DNA from: an uncultured Gammaproteobacteria bacterium
GTDB taxonomy: Bacteria > Patescibacteriota > Microgenomatia > UBA12405
Length of the DNA: 44,535 nucleotides
Assembly (NCBI GenBank): GCA_964448465.1
Contig: CAYUVY010000005.1
Span: 2,105-46,639, forward strand
Direction: 5' to 3'
The notes below the pieces were generated by a model that saw nothing but the letters and a program-made list of their open reading frames with translations, made no database searches and was not told the DNA's origin. Shown here one piece after another: positions 36,610 to 44,535 of this stretch. Position numbers and translations under genes: made by a program. Each line of letters starts with the position of its first letter. Position 1 is the first letter of the stretch.

Positions 36610-38141
36610 TTATTCCGCGCTCCTAACTCGGTATTGTAACGCCTCGGCGACATGATTTTCTAAGATATCTACTGAACCGGCCAAATCCGCAATTGTCCGA
36701 CTAACTTTTATTAACCTAAAATAAGTTCTCGCCGACAAATTATATTTAATTACTGCCTGTTGTAACAACAAATGCGACGGTTGGTTTAATTTACAATAAA
36801 TTTTTATGTGTTTATTTTTCATATCCGAATTGGTGTGCAAATTTGTTGAAGTAAATCTTGCTGATTGAATTTTTCTGGCCTTTTTAATTCGCTCGCGTAC
36901 AGTTACCGATTTTTCCGACATATTTTCACCGCCGCTTTCCATCAACTTCTTCACATCCACCGCTGGCACTTGTAAGTGAATATCAATCCTGTCCAAAATG
37001 GGGCCGGATAATTTCTTTTGATATTTAGCAATCTGCCAAGAGGTACATGTGCACTGTTTGGTGGGGTCTCCTAAAAATCCACACGGGCAAGGATTCGACG
37101 CTGCCACCATCATAAACTGCGCTGGATAACTCACTTGCCCATTGGCCCTCGATATTCCTACACTACCATCTTCCATCGGTTGTCTCAAAGCCTCCAAACA
37201 TGCCCGCGAAAACTCCGGAAACTCGTCTAGCATCAACACTCCCCGGTGGGCCAAAGACACCTCTCCTGGTCGCAAATTACTACCACCCCCAATTAAACCC
37301 ACTTGCGAAGTGGTGTGGTGAGGCGATCTAAATGGTCTAACTCTCACCAAGCTACTCCCTGGAGGAATATTCCCAGTAATCGAATAAATCTTAGTCACTT
37401 CCAAACTTTCTTTCTCTGTCAAATCCGGCAATATTCCAGGTAAACAGCGAGAAAGTAGTGTTTTGCCGGATCCTGGAGGCCCCATCATCAAAATATTGTG
37501 ACCGCCAGCCGCCGCAATTTCGATGGCCCTTTTGGCAAATTCCTGTCCTAATACTTCCGATAAATCAAACTCAATTTGTGCTTCCGACAATAAATTTTCC
37601 ACTTCGATTTTTTCCAGTGGCTCAATTAGTTTATCTTCATTTAAGTGCCGAATTAAATTTTTCAAATTATCTACCGGGATTACCTTCACTCCTTCTACCA
37701 CCGAAGCCTCATTGGCTGACATTCTGGGCACAAAAATTTCCTCAATACCATTCTCCTTGGCAAACAGAGCCAATAAAAATACCCCACGGGTATGTCTTAA
37801 AGTTCCATCCAGGGACAGCTCTCCATAAAACATTGATTTTTTCTTTGGGACTTTACAAAGATTCATGGCACAAAGCAGACCAATGGCAATTGGTAAGTCG
37901 TACATTGATCCATCTTTGGGCAAATCTGCAGGAGCTAGGTTAACCGTATTTTTTCGTTTGGAAACTCAATATCCGAGTTTAAAATGGCTGTTTTAATTCG
38001 CTCTTTGGCCTCTTCTACTGATTTAGATCCTAACCCCACCACTGCAAATCCAGGGAAACCCTTGTCCGCGATGTTCACTTCAATTTCTACTTCCGATCCT
38101 TTCAAACCCGTATATGCCACCGAATGCGTTTTTACTAGCAT
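36610..38141 (-). pseudogene. comM: comM/yifB (Mg-chelatase-like AAA+ protein) interrupted by a 1-nt frameshift
   Basis: The N-terminal 68 aa (38141-37935; MLVKTHSVAYTGLKGSEVEIEVNI...EFPNEKIRLT*) and the remainder (37923-36610; ...[47 protein letters not shown], CPCG...C.C) are in different frames. Adding one base near 37946-37949 restores [19 protein letters not shown]. Confidence 0.8.
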
Positions 38142-38223
38142 CTATGAAAATAATAAATCAATTTCGTGAAAATACAAAAACCAAATTTGCAATCTAGCTT
38201 TATAGTGATACTATATATGCACT

Positions 38224-38574
38224 ATGACAAATCCAGACTTTCGTTGTTCTTGGTTTTCATGTGCCCCATCATATTTAAAAACAGAAGAAGAGTTGGCCCA
38301 AGAAGCTCAAGAACTTCGAGAAGTTACTGATGGAGAAGTTACCACTGATTATTACATAGAGACTGACATGGGTTTGGAACCTTGGACTCATCAAATGCTT
38401 AGGTGCAGATTTGGTGAAATAGACTCCTCCGGCACAAGGCATAATGTTTGTGCAAGAGAAAAGCTAAAAGCAATTGGACGTATGGATCCTGATGTCACTT
38501 GTAGTCAGGAATCTAAATTGGTTCTTGGTAGTACTCTCCCTATCCTGAGCAGAAGCCTTAATGGCAAAAACTAA
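38224..38574 (+). CDS. Hypothetical protein (orphan, 116 aa, five Cys)
   Basis: ORF with -10-like elements directly upstream (TGATACTATATAT). I recognise no motif. Confidence 0.4.
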   Translation: MTNPDFRCSWFSCAPSYLKTEEELAQEAQELREVTDGEVTTDYYIETDMGLEPWTHQMLRCRFGEIDSSGTRHNVCAREKLKAIGRMDPDVTCSQESKLVLGSTLPILSRSLNGKN

Positions 38575-38684
38575 CTTAATCTGTCTCACACGAACATAAC
38601 CAAAAATAACATATTGAAAATGAACACAGTTGACACTCGTCAAACATTGTTTTACAAAATAACTACATTCAAAATCAATTACTA

Positions 38685-39018
38685 TTACCAGATCTGGGGT
38701 AGAAGGTCTTGTCTTTTACTTCTTGGAACAACATGTAGGGTACCAGGCAAATTATACATGTCTAAAACAGTTTGAAATTCATCTTGAGCAATAGGTACAC
38801 CCATAAGCTCATAAGCGTTTTAATATCTTTGAGTGCCGTAACTATCATTGAATCCGGAATATTACCGTCTCGAAAGAATGGTACTGTCAAAGCCGATTCA
38901 TATAAAAATCCTCTACCTGAAACTAGCATACCTCGCTCGCGTTCTCTTATTAATAAATCACGTGTCGATGAACCTCCGATTAAAGTTTCAATTTGCTTAT
39001 CACTCTATTATAAGACAT
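38685..39018 (-). pseudogene. Decayed gene remnant (unknown family), with at least two frame breaks
   Basis: The minus strand reads MSYNRVISKLKL*, then (shifted frame) SDKQIETLIGGSSTRDLLIRERERGMLVSGRGFLYESALTVPFFRDGNIPDSMIVTALKDIKT..., then (shifted frame) AYELMGVPIAQDEFQTVLDMYNLPGTLHVVPRSKRQDLLPQIW*. Each piece is under 60 aa and so is absent from the ORF track. Confidence 0.3.
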
Positions 39019-39086
39019 AATATCGGTTTGGTCAATATAGATAATACAAATCCAGTGTAGTAGTCAACCAAGTTCAAAAAAAGTAG

Positions 39087-39092
39087 TATAAT
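39087..39092 (+). promoter_or_regulatory. -10 hexamer TATAAT, 5 nt upstream of the ATG at 39098
   Basis: Sequence AGTAGTATAATacgcaATG. Confidence 0.4.
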
Positions 39093-39097
39093 ACGCA

Positions 39098-39373
39098 ATG
39101 TCAAAAGGAAAGGAGTTTTCTTTCTTAGTCTTTGCAGAAGAATTTGTCGAAAAACAAATTAATCGTATTATGATGGATGCTTATATCGAAGTGAAAGATA
39201 TTAACCTAAACCCCCAGGCATATCCGTTAAAAAGGAAGTTAGAAGTTAGAGACACTTTAAACTGGGGCAGAAGAATGTCGCAGACAGAAAGAGGTGATTA
39301 TTTTTCCGTCTTCTATTTGCAAGGTCAAGGTGAAGTTGACGCCGGAATTTATTTAAAACGCAGAAGCGAATAA
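39098..39373 (+). CDS. Hypothetical protein (orphan, 91 aa)
   Basis: ORF with its own TATAAT and a protein-like composition. I recognise no motif. Confidence 0.45.
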   Translation: MSKGKEFSFLVFAEEFVEKQINRIMMDAYIEVKDINLNPQAYPLKRKLEVRDTLNWGRRMSQTERGDYFSVFYLQGQGEVDAGIYLKRRSE

Positions 39374-39388
39374 ATTACCTAAACATAG

Positions 39389-39394
39389 TACAAT
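39389..39394 (+). promoter_or_regulatory. -10 hexamer TACAAT, 5 nt upstream of the uvrB ATG
   Basis: Sequence CATAGTACAATaacccATG. Confidence 0.4.
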
Positions 39395-39399
39395 AACCC

Positions 39400-41397
39400 A
39401 TGGCTTTTCAACTCGTAAGCTCCATGACTCCTGCCGGCGACCAGCCTCAGGCCATTGCCAGTCTTACCAACAATTTACAGCAGGGGATTAACAAACAAAC
39501 CTTATTGGGTGTTACTGGCTCTGGTAAAACTTTTACCATTGCCAACGTCATCCAAAACACGCAATTGCCTACTTTGGTAATCTCTCACAACAAGACTCTT
39601 GCCGGCCAGCTTTACCAAGAATTTAAAGAACTTTTTCCCCACAACAAAGTTTCCTATTTTGTCTCCTACTACGACTACTACCAGCCCGAAGCCTACATTC
39701 CCAGTAGCGACACCTATATTGCCAAAGAAGTGGACATCAACGATTTACTCGACAAACTACGTCTGGAAACCACTTCCAACTTATTTTCCGGCTCGGATAA
39801 TATTGTCGTTGCCTCTGTGTCCTGTATTTACAACATCGGCGATCCTGCCGATTTTTCGGGTAAAACAATTGAATTTACTCTAGGCAAGCCAATCACTAGA
39901 CGGCAATTATTTGAAAATTTGGTTGGTCTATTTTATACCCGCAACGAAACCGAATTTAAGCGCGGAACCTTTCGTGTACGTGGAGACACCACCGAAATCT
40001 GGACTGCTTATTCCGACTGGATTATCGAGCTAACCACCGAAAACGAACTTCTCAAAACTATCACCATGCGCAATCCCTACACCGGCACTCAAATTCCCAG
40101 TGAAAAGTTCACCCTCTTTCCGGCCAAACAATATGTGGGTGGCCGCACCGACCAGGAAATATTTGAAAAAATCAAACAAGACACCGAAGTCCAGGTAGAA
40201 AGATTCAAACAAAAAGGCAAAATTCTCGAAGCCCACCGTTTGCGCCAACGTGTGGATTACGACTTAGAAATGCTCACCGAATTGGGCTATGTCAATGGTA
40301 TCGAAAACTATTCCATCTATTTTGAAAAAAATCGTGCTCCCGGCGACCCTCCTTATACTCTAATTGACTATTTTCACCATATTTGGGGCGATAATTTTCT
40401 CACAGTCATCGACGAGTCCCATGTCACCATTCCCCAGGTTCGCGGCATGTTCAATGGCGATCTGGCCCGTAAACAAAATTTAATTGACTTTGGTTTTCGT
40501 CTTCCCAGTGCTCTAGACAATCGTCCTTTAAAATTTGCCGAATTTTACCAAAAGGTCCCCAAAGCTATTTATGTCTCCGCCACTCCTGCAGACTACGAGA
40601 TACAAGACTGCAAGAAAACCGTCATCGAACAAATTATCCGTCCCACCGGTCTGGTCGACCCTCCCATTACTATTCGTCCAGCCAAAAACCAAATTCAGGA
40701 AGTTATCCAGGAGGTCACCAAACAGGCTACCAAAGGCAAGCGTAGCCTGGTCATCACCATTACCAAGCGCATGGCCGAAGATATCACTGCCTTTTTCAAC
40801 GACTCCAAAAACACCAACGGCAAACAGCTCAAAGTTGCCTATCTGCATTCCGATATTGATACCCTAGAACGCAGTAAAATCCTGGACGATCTACGGGGTG
40901 GCACCTACGATGTTTTAGTCGGTATCAATCTCTTGCGCGAAGGTCTCGATTTACCCGAAGTTACCTTGGTTTGTATTCTGGATGCTGGTAATGCCGGGTT
41001 CCTGCGCAGCCGCCAAGCCCTAATTCAAATCATGGGCCGCGCAGCTCGTAATGTGGACGGGCAGGTTATTTTGTTTGCCGATACTCTGTCGCCAGCCATC
41101 AAAGAAGCCCAGGCCGAAGTCAACCGCCGCCGTATCAAACAACTAGCCTACAACGAAAAACACGGTATTACCCCAGAATCCATCCAAAAAGCCATTCGCC
41201 CACAAATTATTAAAGCTACCGAGGCGGTCAATGCCAAAGAGCTTAGATTATCCAAAGACCCCACTCAATTAACGCCACCAGAACTAAAACGTTACCTCAA
41301 AGACCTACGTTCCGAAATGAAACAGGCCGCTATAGAATTGAAGTTTGAAGACGCCATTCGCCTGCGCGACCAAATCCTCAAACTTGAAAAACTTTAG
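39400..41397 (+). CDS. uvrB: Excinuclease ABC subunit B
   Basis: GVTGSGKTFTIANVI, YFVSYYDYYQPEAY, IDESHVTIPQ, helicase motifs (YVSATP, LLREGLDLPEV, QIMGRAARN) and a C-terminal UVR motif FEDAIRLRDQILKLE. 665 aa. Confidence 0.95.
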   Translation: MAFQLVSSMTPAGDQPQAIASLTNNLQQGINKQTLLGVTGSGKTFTIANVIQNTQLPTLVISHNKTLAGQLYQEFKELFPHNKVSYFVSYYDYYQPEAYIPSSDTYIAKEVDINDLLDKLRLETTSNLFSGSDNIVVASVSCIYNIGDPADFSGKTIEFTLGKPITRRQLFENLVGLFYTRNETEFKRGTFRVRGDTTEIWTAYSDWIIELTTENELLKTITMRNPYTGTQIPSEKFTLFPAKQYVGGRTDQEIFEKIKQDTEVQVERFKQKGKILEAHRLRQRVDYDLEMLTELGYVNGIENYSIYFEKNRAPGDPPYTLIDYFHHIWGDNFLTVIDESHVTIPQVRGMFNGDLARKQNLIDFGFRLPSALDNRPLKFAEFYQKVPKAIYVSATPADYEIQDCKKTVIEQIIRPTGLVDPPITIRPAKNQIQEVIQEVTKQATKGKRSLVITITKRMAEDITAFFNDSKNTNGKQLKVAYLHSDIDTLERSKILDDLRGGTYDVLVGINLLREGLDLPEVTLVCILDAGNAGFLRSRQALIQIMGRAARNVDGQVILFADTLSPAIKEAQAEVNRRRIKQLAYNEKHGITPESIQKAIRPQIIKATEAVNAKELRLSKDPTQLTPPELKRYLKDLRSEMKQAAIELKFEDAIRLRDQILKLEKL

Positions 41398-41398
41398 A

Positions 41399-41740
41399 TT
41401 ATCTAATTTTTTCCCAATCTTGTGGAGTTGTTTGCACAACCCTTTTAGGCTTATGGATCCTGGCGACTAAGTCTGCAATTCTATCCCAAATAGTTTCATC
41501 CTTTTTACACACTTTGGGTAATATAGCTACGGGAAAATAGTAGTTGTCTAGAGTAACTCTAGCGTTTCCCTGGCAAACTGAACACGGATTATGCTCCGAA
41601 GAAAATGATCCGTCATGTCTGATAGGCAAATATTTATTGGCACCCCTTGTAAGTTTAAACAGTGGGCATTCCACTCCGATCACGTATTCAACATCCAACT
41701 GAGGAGCTTTAGTCATGCCTTCAGGTAAATTTAAATGCAT
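41399..41740 (-). CDS. Hypothetical protein (orphan, 113 aa, C...CxxC...C)
   Basis: The ORF converges on uvrB with a 1-nt gap. Cys residues at about positions 25, 53, 56 and 78. I recognise no family. Confidence 0.42.
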   Translation of the reverse strand: MHLNLPEGMTKAPQLDVEYVIGVECPLFKLTRGANKYLPIRHDGSFSSEHNPCSVCQGNARVTLDNYYFPVAILPKVCKKDETIWDRIADLVARIHKPKRVVQTTPQDWEKIR

Positions 41741-41798
41741 GCGCTATTCTAACCCCAACCCTCAATTTGTCAACAAAAAAACTCCAAAATTATCAAAA

Positions 41799-42044
41799 CT
41801 ATTTATTTTGTTTCTCAAATCGAATATCTGTATGGTGTACTTGCAAACGATTAAAATGTGGAAAACCGCTATTTGTACAAACTAAAATATTGATACCATT
41901 GTAATCAGAGGTATAAATTTCATCTGAATCTTGTATTTCCCCGCACCGAGTCTTAATATCTCCGTTTGAAGCTTGTTCTAGGGCAACAATTTGCGGAACC
42001 CTTGGGCGTCTACACCTATACAATCTTGCTTCAAACATAGTCAC
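41799..42044 (-). CDS. Hypothetical protein (orphan, 81 aa)
   Basis: An ORF upstream of and co-oriented with 41399-41740. No motif. Confidence 0.35.
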   Translation of the reverse strand: MTMFEARLYRCRRPRVPQIVALEQASNGDIKTRCGEIQDSDEIYTSDYNGINILVCTNSGFPHFNRLQVHHTDIRFEKQNK

Positions 42045-42123
42045 AATGGAGGCATTATATACAATTTACAATAAAATTCCAATTTACCCAAATAAAACCC
42101 AAAACTTGTGATATTCTAAAAAT

Positions 42124-42507
42124 ATGCAATTACCTGCACACATCCAGAAATATGGTTTTACATTTGAGTGGGATAATCAAAAGATTTGGGAACTAGATAT
42201 TCCGACAGAATCAATAGATATTGCACAATTGGAATGGATACTAGATATGCCATTTTGGAGCAACAATGGTAATTCGTGGTCTCTTTCTGCTCGCGAATTT
42301 TTACAAAATCCTGATCTTTATCCAAAGCACCAAAAAAGATTTGAAACTGCAGACACATCCTTCCCTATAGATATAATGAAAAACGAACTAGGCCAATGGT
42401 TAATTTTAGACGGATTACACAGATTAGTTAAATTAGTCCAACTAGGTCATAAATATGTAAAAGTACGGAAAGTATCTAGAAATTTGATTCATTTAATAGT
42501 AAAATAG
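42124..42507 (+). CDS. ParB-N/sulfiredoxin-like domain protein (stand-alone)
   Basis: GQWLILDGLHRLVKLVQLGHKYVKVRKV matches the ParB N-terminal-domain core (DGxHR followed by a G and a beta-strand). 127 aa. An extended -10, TGaTATTCT, lies 6 nt before the ATG. Confidence 0.45.
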   Translation: MQLPAHIQKYGFTFEWDNQKIWELDIPTESIDIAQLEWILDMPFWSNNGNSWSLSAREFLQNPDLYPKHQKRFETADTSFPIDIMKNELGQWLILDGLHRLVKLVQLGHKYVKVRKVSRNLIHLIVK

Positions 42508-42512
42508 AGACT

Positions 42513-44535
42513 ATGGGTTTAAGCAAGATCATTATCAAAGGCGCTAGAGAACACAATCTCAAAAACGTCAACTTGGAGTTTCCAAAAGATAAAATCATCC
42601 TGTTTACCGGCGTTTCCGGTTCTGGCAAATCCTCTTTGGCGTTTGACACCTTGTTTGCCGAAGGTCAGCGTCGCTATGTGGAAAGCCTGTCTTCCTACGC
42701 CCGCCAGTTTTTAGGCAGCATGAAGCGCCCCGATGTGGACCTAATTGAAGGCTTGTCCCCCGCCATTGCCATCAACCAAAAGGCCATTTCCCACAACCCC
42801 CGCTCTACCGTTGGTACGGTCACCGAGATCTACGACTATTTACGTCTTTTATTTGCCCGCATCGGCCATCCCCATTGTCCCAATTGTGGTCGCGAGGTCT
42901 CTCCCCAAACCAGCAAACAAATTGTCGACCAAATTCTAGACATGGCCCAAAAAGGGCTAGTGGCCAACTCTCAATATCGCTTTTTAATCCTGGCCCCCGT
43001 AGTCCAAAACCGCAAAGGCGATTTTAAACAACTAATTGAAAATCTCAAAAGCCAAGGCTACAAATCTATCCGGGCCGATGGCCATATTTTAGACATTTTT
43101 GCCGATTTTAATTTGGTGCGCACCAATCGCCACACTGTCGATGCTGTTATCGACAAAATTAATCTCACTCGAGAAACCATCAAAAACGACAAAGAAAACC
43201 GCTCTCGTTTAGTTGACTCGGTAGAACAAGCTTTAAAACTTTCCAACGGTTTAGTTGTCCTGGCCGAAGTCTTCGATCCTGGCTTTGATTTGCCGCAAGC
43301 TCCCAAGGAAATGCTCGACCATCTCTTTTCCGAAAATTTTGCCTGTCCTGTTTGTAATTTATCTCTTCCCGAAATCGAACCCCGCCTTTTTTCCTTCAAT
43401 TCCCCCGAAGGTGCCTGTCCCGACTGTAAAGGTCTAGGTTCAAAGTATCAAATTGATCGCACTAAGTTTCCCGAGTGGCGCGCCAAAATGATGGAAAACA
43501 AATATTTCACCACCAATTCTGAATCCTTTCGCCAAGAACTAGAAGAGTACATGATCAAAGAATCTTGTAGCACCTGCCAGGGTTCGCGTCTCAACCCCAA
43601 TGCCTTATCTGTCACCATTCAAGGTAAGAATATTTACCAAGCCACCTGCCAAAGTGTGGACAGGTTACACCAGTGGCTGCAAGGCTTAGAAAAAGAGTTA
43701 GTCACGGCCAAGGAAAACGAAGTGATCAAGCCCATCAACAAAGAACTGCAAGCTCGAGTAGAATTTCTCTTGGCTGTTGGTCTGGATTACATGACTCTGG
43801 ATCGCGAAGCCTCCACCCTTTCTTCAGGCGAAGCCCAGCGTATTCGTCTGGCTAGTCAAATTGGTACAGGGTTAACCGGGGTTTTGTATATTCTCGACGA
43901 GCCCACTATTGGCTTGCACCCCCGCGACAACGATCGCCTCATCCAAACTCTAAAAAAACTCAAAGACTTGGGCAATACCTTGGTAATTGTCGAACACGAC
44001 GAAGACGTGATTCGCTGTGCCGACCATGTGGTCGACTTTGGACCTTTTGCAGGCAACAAAGGTGGCGAAATTGTCAGTCAGGGCACTATGGCGGAAATTA
44101 AAAAAGACAAACATTCATTAACAGGTGGCTATCTTTCTGGACGTTTAAAAGTTGCCACTACTGTTCACCATAACCCACAACAACAGACCATCTTTTTAAC
44201 CATCAAAAATTGTCAAAAATTTAATCTAAAGCATGTAGACCTTAAAATACCCCTTAATAATTTAACCGTAGTTACCGGAGTTTCTGGTTCAGGAAAATCC
44301 ACCTTGGTTCACGATTGTTTGTATCAAGGAGTCTTGCACAAACTCTATGGCAGTATCAAAACCCAGGTCGAAGGCATCGGCGAAATTAGTGGCACCAATC
44401 ATTTTACCGATATTTTACTAGTCGACCAATCTCCCGTGGGACGCACTTCTCGCAGTAACCCTGCCACCTACACCAAGGTATTTGATGATATTCGCCATCT
44501 TATGGCTCAAACCATCGAAGCCCAAATCCGTGGCT
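42513..44535 (+). CDS. uvrA: Excinuclease ABC subunit A, 3'-truncated by the window edge
   Basis: It is not in the ORF track because there is no stop in the window. MGLSKIIIKGAREHNLKNVNLEFPKDKIILFTGVSGSGKSSLAFDTLFAEGQRRYVESLSSYARQFLG, CPNCG zinc module, LSSGEAQRIRLA, LYILDEPTIGLHPRD, and a second P-loop VVTGVSGSGKSTLV. The frame is open to the last base. Confidence 0.95.
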   Translation, partial: MGLSKIIIKGAREHNLKNVNLEFPKDKIILFTGVSGSGKSSLAFDTLFAEGQRRYVESLSSYARQFLGSMKRPDVDLIEGLSPAIAINQKAISHNPRSTVGTVTEIYDYLRLLFARIGHPHCPNCGREVSPQTSKQIVDQILDMAQKGLVANSQYRFLILAPVVQNRKGDFKQLIENLKSQGYKSIRADGHILDIFADFNLVRTNRHTVDAVIDKINLTRETIKNDKENRSRLVDSVEQALKLSNGLVVLAEVFDPGFDLPQAPKEMLDHLFSENFACPVCNLSLPEIEPRLFSFNSPEGACPDCKGLGSKYQIDRTKFPEWRAKMMENKYFTTNSESFRQELEEYMIKESCSTCQGSRLNPNALSVTIQGKNIYQATCQSVDRLHQWLQGLEKELVTAKENEVIKPINKELQARVEFLLAVGLDYMTLDREASTLSSGEAQRIRLASQIGTGLTGVLYILDEPTIGLHPRDNDRLIQTLKKLKDLGNTLVIVEHDEDVIRCADHVVDFGPFAGNKGGEIVSQGTMAEIKKDKHSLTGGYLSGRLKVATTVHHNPQQQTIFLTIKNCQKFNLKHVDLKIPLNNLTVVTGVSGSGKSTLVHDCLYQGVLHKLYGSIKTQVEGIGEISGTNHFTDILLVDQSPVGRTSRSNPATYTKVFDDIRHLMAQTIEAQIRG

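Noticed and set aside
37935-37955. Programmed -1 ribosomal or transcriptional slippage on the A6 run in comM.
   Set aside because: Slippage would give ...EKNTVNL. Restoring a single base after ATA gives ...[12 protein letters not shown], which matches the conserved junction better. A 1-nt deletion or an assembly indel is therefore the simpler reading. It cannot be excluded without reads.
38772-39060. Plus-strand ORFs 38772-39020 and 38848-39060.
   Set aside because: They overlap each other and lie antisense to the more protein-like, frame-broken minus-strand reading. They have no promoter or start context.
1-44535. Alternative genetic code (UGA recoding, as in some candidate phyla).
   Set aside because: Conserved genes are full length under code 11. 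TGA also functions as a stop at tightly coupled junctions (887-889 and 1252-1254), so no recoding is needed.
1-44535. CRISPR arrays, transposases, integrases, rRNA or other large repeats.
   Set aside because: I saw no regularly spaced direct repeats in any intergenic gap, and no ORF with recombinase, transposase or Cas motifs. The only repeats are the PT-codon repeats and short promoter-region repeats.

Overview
This is a 44.5 kb, AT-rich, very compact stretch of bacterial chromosome. Genes lie on both strands, many overlap by 1-20 nt, and there is almost no room for terminators. It reads as standard code 11, with TGA used as a stop. All identifications below come from reading motifs in the translations. 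No database search was possible.

The backbone is housekeeping:
- trmD, a tRNA-dihydrouridine synthase, murD-murC-murB, trxA, obg, era, lon and argS with a tRNA-binding-domain protein.
- dprA, yraN, a frameshifted comM/yifB, uvrB, and the 5' two-thirds of uvrA, which is cut by the window end and is absent from the ORF track.
- Two tRNAs on the minus strand, tRNA-Gln(CUG) and tRNA-Glu(CUC).

Envelope and secretion content:
- A 5'-truncated lamin-tail-domain protein, also absent from the ORF track, coupled to VanZ-like and CAP-domain genes.
- A GT2-GtrA fusion, PAP2, a PIG-V-like membrane protein, DsbA with secreted Cys-containing neighbours, a lipoprotein and an RRM RNA-binding protein.
- Two ABC systems, one of them GldA/F/G-like with a DUF4340-like gene.

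The gene set, compactness and many orphan genes resemble a small-genome Patescibacteria/CPR-like organism. That is an inference only. I found no CRISPR array, rRNA, transposase, integrase or reverse transcriptase.

The most unusual items:
1. A 653-aa fusion of an aldehyde-dehydrogenase-like domain to a Pol-beta-type nucleotidyltransferase. It converges on a methyltransferase with a zinc-ribbon tail, directly downstream of tRNA-Glu.
2. Three orphan genes, one with a ParB-N-like DGxHR motif, wedged between uvrB and uvrA.
3. A 2H-phosphoesterase-like gene packed against a comM that is broken by a 1-nt frameshift.
4. A decayed gene and two orphans between comM and uvrB.
5. A CIRCE-like operator over the lon promoter.
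6. A recurrent architecture in which a -10 hexamer ends 5-7 nt before the start codon of first-in-operon genes, implying leaderless mRNAs, while operon-internal genes keep Shine-Dalgarno sites.

None of these can be called a new system from sequence reading alone. The checks needed are given with each finding.
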